64,000 nt of DNA from Adineta vaga (Eukaryota; Animalia; Rotifera). Positions 1 through 11,175 of the stretch are shown in pieces. Location: positions 14,632,001 to 14,696,000 of the forward strand of contig CP075492.1 of the NCBI GenBank assembly GCA_021613535.1, read 5' to 3'. A program made the position numbers and the translations under genes. The notes below the pieces were generated by a model. That model made no database searches, was not told where the DNA came from, and saw only the letters and a list, made by a program, of their open reading frames with translations. The stretch's first letter is position 1. Each line of letters starts with the position of its first letter.

Positions 1-2
1 TA

Positions 3-1427
3 GCAAGCAATGAATACTTCTCTACTTCTGACTCTTCATCAACAGATTGTCGTGAATCAATCGTTCCACCTCCATGGACTGTATGCAATTCGAAAGCACT
101 AGAGAAATCATTTCAGTCTTGGAACAAAGAAACTCCTGAATTTTTTCTTTTCCAAGCACTAACTAAGATCCTTACACGAATGAAATGTGATCCAGTTCGA
201 TCTCTTGAGGAAATGTTTGCAGAATGTCGTATACATTATATGGGTGATCCAAAAGTAGTAGGAAAAATTGATGCAATTCAGAACAACTATCATTCTGATC
301 ATGTTATTCGATATTATACGGAAGATTCGTTTTTCTTTCGATCGATTGGACGAGCATTTCGATCAGAAGATTTCGAGCGTATTTTTATTTTTCGTCGTTC
401 TATCATTGATCTTCATAGTGAACTTGATAAGCTGATTAGACAGCAAGGAAGTGTACATAAAACACTCCGATTATATCGAGGAAAGAAGATATCTACTACT
501 GTTCTACAACAACTACAAGATAGTATTGGTGCTTTATTATCTATGAATGGATTTTTATCGACGACACACAACCAAGAAATGGCTATTAAATTCTTTGCAG
601 GTGCTGATCAGAATCGATCTGGTTATGAAAGTGTACTTTTCCAATTTGAGATTGATCAGGCAAATATTACTAGAACTTATGCTGATATATCTACGATGAG
701 TAACATGCCAGAAGAAGAAGAAGTCTTATTCAGTATTGGATCAATATGGCGAATTGTAACGATTGAAAAGGCAGTGGATTCCTCTTTCTGGACTATCGAT
801 TTAATCGCTTGTAGTGATGCAGATTTAAGAATCATTCAGTTTTTTGAGGAACTTCCAGATAATTCAACGCTATTGATGCTTGGTGATGTTTTACGTGAAT
901 TAGGACAACATACAAAAGCCGAAAAATTTTACAATCAAATGCTAAGCGAACAAACAATCAGCGATGAAATACGATTTATTCTTTATTATAATATTGCGAT
1001 TATAAATATGGAACAAGAAAAATCTGATGTAGCATTAGAAAATTTCCATAAAGCAGAAAAATTGCTTTCTTCAAAACCAGTCAATCCAACTTTGTGGAAT
1101 CCTCGACCATTGTATTGTCCCAGTGCAACACCATCTTCAATTCATGTTTTAAATAATATGGGACTTTTGTATCAGAAGAAAGGTGAACTAGACAATGCTC
1201 TAATATATTATACTCAAGCGTTAGAAGATAAACAAAGTGATCGAATAGATCAAGCGACAGTGAACGACAATATTGGATTAATATATTATAGAAAAGGAGA
1301 ATATAAAAACGCTTTGGAATTTCTTTCAAATGCAGTTAAACTTGCTCAAGATCATGCATCGTTAGCTCAATTCAAAAATCATTATGATGATGTTCATAAT
1401 ATTTTATTTGTTCAAAAGACTTCTTAG
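3..1427 (+). CDS. ADP-ribosyltransferase (R-S-E type) plus TPR-repeat protein, 5'-partial
   Basis: The frame is open from base 3 (…KSFQSWNKETPEFFLFQALTKILTRM), so the start lies upstream of the window. ART motifs LYRG, GFLSTT and EEEEVLF are followed by TPR repeats (LNNMGLLYQKKGELDNALIYYTQAL; NDNIGLIYYRKGEYKNALEFLSNAV). Confidence 0.9.
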   Translation, partial: ASNEYFSTSDSSSTDCRESIVPPPWTVCNSKALEKSFQSWNKETPEFFLFQALTKILTRMKCDPVRSLEEMFAECRIHYMGDPKVVGKIDAIQNNYHSDHVIRYYTEDSFFFRSIGRAFRSEDFERIFIFRRSIIDLHSELDKLIRQQGSVHKTLRLYRGKKISTTVLQQLQDSIGALLSMNGFLSTTHNQEMAIKFFAGADQNRSGYESVLFQFEIDQANITRTYADISTMSNMPEEEEVLFSIGSIWRIVTIEKAVDSSFWTIDLIACSDADLRIIQFFEELPDNSTLLMLGDVLRELGQHTKAEKFYNQMLSEQTISDEIRFILYYNIAIINMEQEKSDVALENFHKAEKLLSSKPVNPTLWNPRPLYCPSATPSSIHVLNNMGLLYQKKGELDNALIYYTQALEDKQSDRIDQATVNDNIGLIYYRKGEYKNALEFLSNAVKLAQDHASLAQFKNHYDDVHNILFVQKTS

Positions 1428-1679
1428 ATCAAAGATTAGAACGATTCATTTATAGATGTTGACAGTCAGAAAAAGAAACTTCTTCAGTGACATATTACTC
1501 TTCTCTAATCAAAATGAAATCTTTTTCTGCAATGAAATTTCAGCGAATATTCAAAAAATGAATTGCGTTAAAATAATCTGCATAAGTTATTGCTATGAAA
1601 GTTTACATTTATTTTCTTCTTCAGAATAAAGAAGAAAATTGAGAGCAACTATCATGTAATCATTCGATGTAAAGATATC

Positions 1680-1905
1680 ACCTTTTCACTGCGACCGTAT
1701 AAGAACATGAGAAAGTGCTGAGGCCACCTATATTCTGTTTACCGCTTGGGGGCGGACGTAGTATATATATATACTATCAGTAGTATTTTTCACGATTTTC
1801 TGTTGATATATATTTTTAATCAATGAAAAGGGTGTGGGTGGGCATGGGCGTGGCTAAAAAAGAGGCATCCAAATCTACACACACCCACACCCACGCCCAA
1901 AAAAC
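1680..1905. mobile_element. GC-rich repeat fragment, possible Helitron-like 3' end abutting a second element end
   Basis: Small GC hairpin CCGC-TTGGGG-GCGG (1742-1755) followed by ACGTAG-T, then (TA)n-CTATCAG. An imperfect inverted repeat follows (GGGTGTGGGTG…GGGCGTGG / CACCCACACCCACGCCC, about 1830-1899). It sits exactly where the neighbouring gene breaks off. Confidence 0.4.
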
Positions 1906-2828
1906 ATTCAAGAGTTGATTAAAGTAATGAATTATACGGTAAACAACCTACTCTTAGACTACGAATACTTAAAACTGGTGATCCGCAACGTGTTGTTTTC
2001 GATGAACTGTTAATCGAGTTTTGATTTACTTTATAACCTGTTGAATTCCAAAATGTAGTTGCTTCTATACAATCAATGTCTCGATCGCAATTACAAATGA
2101 TCTTTGAAGAAATATATTGGACCACTTTGTATGTAGTAATATGTGGCTGTGCAGGTTTGTATGATACTAAATAATTTGTTTTTAAGCTAGAATAAATTCC
2201 ATTGTGATGTATGTTTCATATTCGCAATATTTGCTGTTTTTAATTGGTCGATAAGATGATCGATTTGAGCATTAAACATATCATCAGATATAACTTCAAG
2301 AGTATTTAAATGTTGAGAATAGAATTGATTCAGCGAATCAACAATCATTTGTTGAATCGTACGACAAAATAAAGCAAGCATTTGAAAATGAGCTGCTGCC
2401 ATTAAACGATAATCGTTCGAATAGTAACTGCTTATATTTACATCGAATAATGATGAAAGAAATGATTGATTGACAAATTGACTTGTACATATGGAATGAT
2501 AGTGTGGATTGAATATAAGAAATTTATCGTGTCGAATCAATGTTTGTGAACATGGACATGATAATGTATTTGAATGGTGAAGAGATAGTTGTTTAAAAAC
2601 AGATTCAGATGGTGAATAAATTGTCACAGATTGTGTTTGGGTAGAAAAGGCGGTGAAGATAATAACAGTAATGAGAGTGATGGAAAAGAGAAAGAGAAAT
2701 ATTCGTGTTGACAATAATTGATCAATGAATGACATCTCTTCCTTATCGTTAAAAAGATTTAGTTTGATGAGATAATTATGCAAGCGTGTTAATCTACCCA
2801 TTGGTTTGTGAAATATTGTCTTCATCAT
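1901..2828 (-). pseudogene. Truncated pseudogene of the same TM/Cys-rich ectodomain family as 4043-8202
   Basis: Family motifs STRIFLFL, CPCS and HSICTSQFV are present. There is a frameshift near 2200 (HTSQ to HNGIYSSLKTNY) and an in-frame TAA in PYNSLL*STLECF (1919-1921), after which homology stops at the GC-rich repeat. Confidence 0.85.
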
Positions 2829-3795
2829 TTACAGAAATAAAATAAGTTAGAAGAATAAGATAATGTATTTGTTTCTAGATTGTAATTGTGGAGAGAGAGA
2901 GAGAGAGACTTGTCTGTGAACAACAGAACAAGAAGGAATATGAATATCTTTAACAGATGTCAAGTAAATGAGCTGAAATTTCTATCGATAAAAGAGGCGT
3001 ATTTAACGTTCATATCCATAAAATCACAGTTAGCAAAGGCGTTTAGCAAGTTTTACTATCTGTCTGAATAAAAACAATGTTATTCATTTACCGACAAGAA
3101 ATAGTAAGATATGATTAACAAAAAGGTTTCTATAAATATATTTCTATGAATGTGAATAAAATCAGCTCATTTACTCATAGAAAAATGTTCTATTCACTTA
3201 AAATTGTTCTGCAAACAAAAAGTCGAATAAATCATAAAAAATTGTAACTGTTGATATTTATTAGATTTTAAATTAAAATAATGATTTCACAGCTTTCTTT
3301 CGCAAATACCAATTATGATAAACGAAATCTATTTCGTCAATTTTTATTATACTAAAATCATAATTGTTGCGGGAATCTTTGAATTATAATGCATGAAGAT
3401 GAGGCTGAAATAAATATTGCAGAAAACTGTAAATGGAAATCTAATCAAAGATTCTCAACTATTTACAATAATTGTAAAAAAACGTTTTTTACATAAATTG
3501 TATGATAATTAAAAGAAGATTGATGAATTTACACACTTTGAAATAATTGGCATTGAAGTGAGATGAAGACGGATATCAATTTTCAAATGAAAATAAAAGA
3601 ATCATTTCTAAACGGACATGATGCGTGTATAATTATTTCTACAAAAGAAATAAATTTTATCCAAAACGTTGAAATGTAAGAATATCTTTAACTAATACTT
3701 CAGTTGAATGGAATTTCATTCTAATACATATTATTTTAGACCTTCTCATGTAAGAAGAGAAAAACTAATTTTGATAATTAGAAACTGACGTCTTT

Positions 3796-3796
<1 letters not shown>

Positions 3797-3836
<40 letters not shown>
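3797..3836. repeat. (GA)n microsatellite
   Basis: About 20 perfect AG units; a shorter (GA)n run lies at about 2891-2908. Confidence 0.95.
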
Positions 3837-3841
<5 letters not shown>

Positions 3842-4042
3842 ATATACGATGCGTCCCTTTGTTTACTTCATGAGTATACTCAAAAGCCTTTATAAGGGGC
3901 ATACGATTCATAGTTTTGATTGCCAGTTACCAAAGAAGAACGACAAACGTCATACTTAACTACATAACTTGATGAAAATAGCTTTTTTAGATTATCGTTT
4001 ATAAGTTACAAAGTATTGCAATCTCGACCTATTCATTTTATA

Positions 4043-7000
4043 ATGAATGGTACGCCTTTTTTTCTTTGTTTTGATAGCGACAATAGATTATGTCTAATAT
4101 ACTCTTTTAGTAACAAATATTCCTGTTACCCCACGGAACTTGTGGACAAAAACAAAATCCTCTCTTCACCATCTAAATTTGTTCCCATCAATTCCACCAT
4201 CAACAGATGAATACCAACTTCGAAGTCAACGCATCGCAACACGATTATTCATCATTCTCTTGATCTTATCATTAGGTATTCTTCTTCTCTACAATTCATT
4301 GATTGCTGTCACAGAAACTATCACTGTTTCAACGCCATCAATCACAGAATACTCACAATTATATGGAAAATATAATCAAACATTGACATGTGCATGTTCA
4401 AAAATTTCCATTAACTACGTTGCATTTCTTCATCTTAATTATACACTTCATCATGTATGCGATAGTGATTTCGTGAGTGAAGATTGGATCGATTATCTGT
4501 GGAGATCCCGAGGAACCAACGCACCCCGTTACGATGACTTTCGATGGACAGCTGCATCAATGTTTCAAGGTTTAAATGCTTTCTGCAACATAGTCGATGA
4601 GGCGATTTCAAATCGTCTAACTCAGTTCTACTCAGACCAATATGTTACTGCAACTGTTGTATCCAAAGAAGTATTTGAATCGCAAACAGAATCATTTATA
4701 TCTCAATTTATATCATTGACAACGAATGATTTTCTGTTTTCATTATCCACAATACGAGATATAACTCAAAGTAACAATTTAATATCTGCTCGCCAAACTA
4801 ACTTTGGATTGTATAAAATTTCCGGTCGTACTAGAATATCTTCACATACAGTGCACTATGGCGATTGTGATTGTGCAACTTCGGCACAATGTACTGATTA
4901 TTCGTCAATTTTTAATATTTATGGTAATAGATCATTATTCATAGTACCAGGTTTTCATGTTGGATGTTATCTAGTTGAAGCACTACTTCAATCCGATTTG
5001 AGATGTCTTTTTAATCAAACATGTCTGAATCTGTTAGGATCATATATGTCTATTTTTGTTACAATGAATGTAACATCTCTTGATGGATCCTCATTAGTTC
5101 GTTTCTCCGTAAACTCAACGATTCGATCCATTCTTGATCAAATGATAGTTGAAGAATGGATCCCATCAATACAATATGGGAAATATTATGATGAATGCAA
5201 ACCAGAAAAATGTATTTATATTCGAGAGGCAAAGAATGCTCCTATTTATATCATTACAACATTGGTAGGACTTATTGGTGGATTTATTCCAATTTTGAAA
5301 TTCATGGTGCCACGATTAGTCATGCTTATAAGAAAGAAAAAAGTAGTAAAGAAACAAGAAACTGGTGAGATATGAAATACCTTTAACTGTATTCTTTATC
5401 AAGATTGAAATATTTTTATATTTTTTTAAGAAATACTTGAACAAGAACCAAGATATAGTCGAGTGCAAAGATTCAAAAAGTATCTTTCTACATTTAATAT
5501 CTTTCCATCAATTCCACCATCAACAGATGAATACCAACTTGGAAGTCAACGCATCGCAACACGATTGTTCATCATTCTCTTGATCTTATCATTAGGTATT
5601 CTTCTTCTCTACAATTCATTGATTGCTGTCACAGAAACTATCACTGTTCCAACACCTTCAATCACAGAATACTCACAATTATATGGAAAATACTCAGAAA
5701 CATTGATATGTCCATGTACAACAATTTCCATTAACTACGGTGCATTTCTTCATCTTAATTATACACTTCATCAAGTATGTACTAGTGATTTCGTTAGTGA
5801 AGATTGGATCGATTATCTAGCTACAATTGCTGACAGATATCGTCCTAATATAAATGATTTTCGATGTACCAGTCCTTTGATATTTCAAGGTTTGAGGTCA
5901 TTTTGTCAATTAGTTAATGGAATGATTTCAAATCGTTTAATTCAGTTTTCTTTATATCAATACATTACTGCAACAGTTACGCCTAGAAATGTATTTCAAT
6001 CACAAATTGAAGCTCTCATATCTCAATTTAAATTAGCAACTACAAATGATTTTTTGCTGTCACTTTCAATAATACGAGACACAACTCAAAGTAATAGTTT
6101 ATTACCAGCCAAACTGACCACTTATGGACTTGTGCATGGTACGGAAGACATAACTATAGGCGCATATCCAGTATCGTACGGTAACTGTAGCTGTCAGTCT
6201 TCATATTTATGTGTTTATCAATCTGCCATACTAAATATTACTAATGGTGCAGTATTCTTCTTTGTACCTGGCCTTTATGTTGGATGCTATGTAATTGAAT
6301 CATTACTTCAATCAAACTTGAAATGTTTATACAATCAATCATGCATAAGAAGATTACAATCATATTTTACTCCTTCACTACCAATGAATGTTACAGTACT
6401 TAACGCATCGATATCAAGTCATTTTCTTCCTGATACGACAGTGAAAATGCTTGTTGAACAATTGCTGGTCGAAAAATGGTTTCCATCAATAACGTATGAA
6501 AGTTATTTTGATGAATGTAAACCAATTCAATGTATTTATACACGAGAAACAAAAAATAGTTTCATATATATACTTACAACATTAATTGGACTAGTTGGTG
6601 GTTTGATAACAGTATTGAAATTCATCGTGCCAGAATTAGTGATGCTTATAAGAAAGAAAACAGGACCACGAACAATACATAATGGTAAGAAAACATAACG
6701 CAAAGCACAATGATAAATTACTCTATATATAATTTTGTGATGAAGTATTTTCTCAACCGACATTTTTACTGTAAAGAAAACGAAACTTTACATTGAATAC
6801 TTCGATTAGGTGATAAACGTCTGAAAATGAGATGTTATTTTTTCAATTGAATGTCTTAAAAGTGTGCTTTGCTATTCTGTTTTTAGGTATAAATTTGAAT
6901 GCAAAAATTCAACAACTTAAAAAACAATCAAAGTTATTCATTGAAAACTTTAACTTATTTTCAACCATTCCACCATCAACAGATAAATATCAACTTCGAA

Positions 7001-8202
7001 ATCAACGCATCGCAACACGATTATTCATCATTCTTTTGATCTTATCATTAGGTATTCTTCTTCTCTACAATTCATTGATAGTTGTCACAGAAACTATCAC
7101 TATTTCAACGCCATCAATCACAGAATACTTACAGTTATATGGAAAATACTCAGAAACATTGATATGTCCATGTACGACAATTTCGATTGACTACGGTGCA
7201 TTTCTTCATCTTAATTATACACTTCATCATGTATGCAACAGTAGTTTCGTTAGTGAAGATTGGATTGAATATCTTACATCTCAGGGATCAAATGCAACTA
7301 GATTTACGTTCTTTGACTTTCGAGCAACGGGTACGCATACATTTCAAGCTTTAAGTGCCTTTTGTCGATTAGTCGATGAAATTATTTCGAATCGTCTAGT
7401 TCAATTTTATGCAGATCAATATATTACTGCAACTGTTATATCCAAAGAAGTATTTGAATCACAAACGAAATCATTCATATCTCAATTTATATCATTAACG
7501 ACTAATGATTTTCTTTTGGCACTATCTACTATACGAGATACAACCCAGAGTAATGCTTTGCTATCTAGCCGTATGAGTAATTACAGACTTCTGATCGTGG
7601 ATGAGGACAAAGATTTACAGACACTTACACAAAGTTGGGAAGGGTGTAGTTGTGCATCCTCATCTAGATGTATACGCCCATCAGCAATTATGAATGTTGT
7701 TGGTACTATCGTGATGTATACATTACCAGGCATTTATATTGGTTGTTATCTAGTCGAAGCACTACTTCAATCAAACCTCAGATGTTTTTATAATCAAACA
7801 TGTGTCACTCAGCTACAGTCATTTTTGGTCGATTCCAAATCAATGAATGTAACAGCTCTTGATACTTCATTATTAGTTCATTTTTCTGAAAACTCGACTG
7901 TTGGTGCCATCGTTGATGAATTGATGGTGGACAAATGGATTCCATCCATACTCTACGAAAGTTATTATAATACATGTCGACCAACAAAATGTATTTATAC
8001 TCATCAGACAAAGAATAGTGTCGTTTACATTATTACAACCTTAGTTGGATTGATCGGTGGTTTGATAACACTATTGAAACTTACTTTATTATATGTGATC
8101 AGCTTTATTGCTTTTTGCATCCACAAATGGACAATGAGACGTGCTATAGGCGGATCTAACATAAGATTTCAAGCACAGTCGATAACATATACGAAGAGAT
8201 GA
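4043..8202 (+). CDS. Membrane protein with three tandem ~410-aa TM/Cys-rich ectodomain/TM repeats
   Basis: Introns 4050-4110, 5365-5430 and 6685-6886 (all GT-AG, phase 1) join ORFs 4140-5375, 5463-6698 and 6832-8202 in frame (MNVTNIPVTPRNLW…; QETEILEQEPRYSRVQRF; HNGINLNAK). Each repeat has QRIATRLFIILLILSLGILLLY, CxC, GCYxxExLLQSxLxC, CxPxxCIY and ITTLxGLxGG-like motifs. Confidence 0.85.
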
Positions 8203-9089
8203 TCTTTGGCTTAAACAATTAAAGAGAACATAAATGTGCAAATCATTCAGTCTAACTCGGAAATAACTGATCGTACAGTGTTGTATAAAGTGTGCGTTGA
8301 CAGAGTCATGAACTTTTCCAGAAAAATTAGATGATTGTTATTTTGGTACGTATGACATAGGTATACTGGAGAATATTGATATATGTCCTCATTAATTATT
8401 ATGAGGTATTACGAAAAACATAAAATCTTCCACCACTAGAACTTTGTGTTTGATGTTCCCGTGCCCGTTAAAACAATTCTAGATCGATGTGAAAACTTAC
8501 TAACGGCAGCGTTGAATGTCAAAGCGAAGTATACTGAAAATATTATTGAATGGTTTGATAGTAATACAATAGGGTCAGTATGGTATGACGATTATCATCA
8601 GATTTGTGTTTATGACTTCGAACGAAAAACATTCAATCAACAGGCAATACAAAGCGCAATAGATGAATGAAAATCAATTGACTATCGTAATATGCAAAGA
8701 AGGAAGATATTTTATTTTCACTTGATTTTGTGTTGTGTATAAGATATCAAACATAAGATAAGCATTTTTCTTTGTGAATATAAAGATCACTATTCATCAA
8801 ATTACTCACTTGCTGACACCTTTCCTCGCTGTATGAAAGATCTCTCTGGATCAAATGATTTGATTATCTACATAGTGACTTTAGAAAGATGTAATAGCTT
8901 TTCAACAGTAAGATTCAATTTTCTTTTTTTTGAATCATTTAAACGACTGTAGCACTGACAATATATCAAACCCTTTGATTTTCACACATTTTATATAAAT
9001 AATATAAGAATAAAAAAAAACTATGTTATGAAAAGAAGGCCAAATCATTTCATTTGAGTTTTTTTTGTATTCTATAAAATATGACATTA

Positions 9090-10633
9090 TCAATCAATGC
9101 ATGCAGCATACATGAGGACAATACAACCACAGCATAGAAGAAGACCAATTATCGCATATTGTGCAAGCAATAATCCAAATGCAAAATTATACAAAGTTTC
9201 TTCACAATAATTTCCTGTATTAGGTTGCGTATGCTGAACATTTGGTCTGACACCAAATACCCAGACACTTCCCTAAAAACAATATCGACTAGAATATTTA
9301 GAAAAGATTTGTTTGTTTTTTACCGCGATTAACCATGTAAAATAGAAAAATATTAAGAGACATACAATACAGCCACTTATATATTTCCCAGCGGTAGTGT
9401 CATCAGAACAACCTTTAAACGTTATTAACATCTACAAAAGCCTTATGCATATGGTGTTTATAGATAAATCGGTTGAAATCTTACGATGATAAATATCAAA
9501 CCAAAAGTGCCTAAACCTACAGCTCCAAAAACAGTCATCCATTGTGGGATCCATGGTTGAATTGGACAATTAGCTTTGTATATTTGACCAACAATTAGAG
9601 CAGCTATCGGCAGGAAAGTTGCTATCAAAAGCATTATTAAGAAAAACATTTGTTTCATTGACATTGAGTCCTTGTCTATGTCTTCTACCTGGTTTGACTC
9701 TAATGTCGGTGAAACTGAAACCACTGTGACTGGAGCTTTATACGGAGGTGGTCGATCTTTTGCAATCGATTTTGTGACAGCTGGGACGCCTACGTAAAAA
9801 AGCTATCTAGTTTAATGTATTTAGAATATTATGCGATAAGATAGACTATAAAATTGATTCTTGAAGGGAGAGAACTCTATTTTATTCACATATCTTTTCA
9901 TACTTTCAGTACTAGCTGCTGGTAGTGGAGGTGGCAGAGGTTGTACTGGCGTTGGCTTCGTTTCAACTTTCTCGTTACATTTTTTAATTTCCAATATTAA
10001 TCCGTAGATCATAACCGATGAGCGATGTTGTGTTTTCCATTCTAATTCATCATTGGGAATATGAAGACATAGTTTTTTTCCTGCACCTCTTGCACCAACT
10101 GTTTCCGATTGAACGATAATAGAATCAGATTTTTGTTTACATTGTAAGACTACTTTTATACTGTAAAGTTTTGAATCACTTGGCGATCTGAAATTATATG
10201 TTTGGGCATAACAATCAAGTGCAGCATAACTAATTGATGGTGTAGTAAAAATATAGCGCTCTCCTTTAATGTGACCTTCACGTATTTCTAGCTTTTTACC
10301 ATGCATCGTTACATCATCAGGTAACAATAGTTGCCGATGCTCAACACATGATTTAGCATTTTCGATACTTGTTCCATGGTAACAATTCAGCCAAGATTTC
10401 CATATATCATGATGATGAAAAAGTGCTTCGTCAACAGAGACAGCAAATCGAGTCCATCCACGTGGAATAACATATTTATAATTAGCTACAGTAAGTGTAT
10501 CAGGATATGTAGGTAAATAACATTGCGAACAATAACATCGATCATGTTCTGGTTTACACAATGTAGCTGGCCATGAAACACTGTCGAGAAATTCTCGACC
10601 AACACGAAAATTCTCACATGTGCTTGTTGCCAT
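9090..10633 (-). CDS. NEURL4/PARP-like ADP-ribosyltransferase domain fused to a TMEM272-like four-TM domain
   Basis: Exons 10633-9904, 9789-9485, 9431-9324 and 9272-9090 splice in frame. N-terminal motifs: IPRGWTRF, CYHGTS, FTTPSISYA, VLQCKQ, ELEW. Pro-rich linker with PPPY. C-terminal motifs: IVGQIYKANCPIQPWIPQWMTVFG, WLIAGSVWVF, NYCEETLYNFAF. Confidence 0.8.
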
Positions 10634-11175
10634 CAACACATCAAAGAAGAATGATTGAAAATAGTATTGATTTAGTCAGAGAATCAAGAACAACAAAATA
10701 CAAATATTTTTCATTCCTGTAAGATGTTTGATAAGAGAACTGTAGTCGGTAGAAACTAATATTTCTCTGTGTGATTTGTACACTCAAAACAACAGTCTTT
10801 ATTTACAATAGAAATGAAATTCTGTTCACAAATTTTTTCTTCCTATATAATACAATCTTCGAAGAAAAAAGAACCAGTATAAACCGACGATTTTTTTCCG
10901 TTTTCGCCCATTTTTGTGAATTAGTAAAGGTTCTTTTAAATGAGTTTTGAATAGGACATGTGCTCAGCGATCCTATTTTTTCTCTACGTTTATCCGTGTG
11001 TAAAGATATATGGAATAATTAACTGATATTTTCGTGATTCGTCTACTTCTCATGAATAAAACTTGATTCAGTTATATCACCAATGGGAGTTAGTGCAATT
11101 CTAGATTTATTTTAATTCCCTCTACTTCATTCACTTTTGACTGTGACACGTTCTTCATCCATCGAATATCAGCCT

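Noticed and set aside
4140-8202. Three separate tandem genes, as the ORF track implies
   Set aside because: Each ORF stop lies just inside a canonical intron and the flanking exons join in frame; the ORF starts at 4140 and 5463 are not ATG.
8446-8670. 74-aa ORF with protein-like composition
   Set aside because: Non-ATG start, broken upstream frame and no recognisable motif. It may be a gene remnant but cannot be supported.
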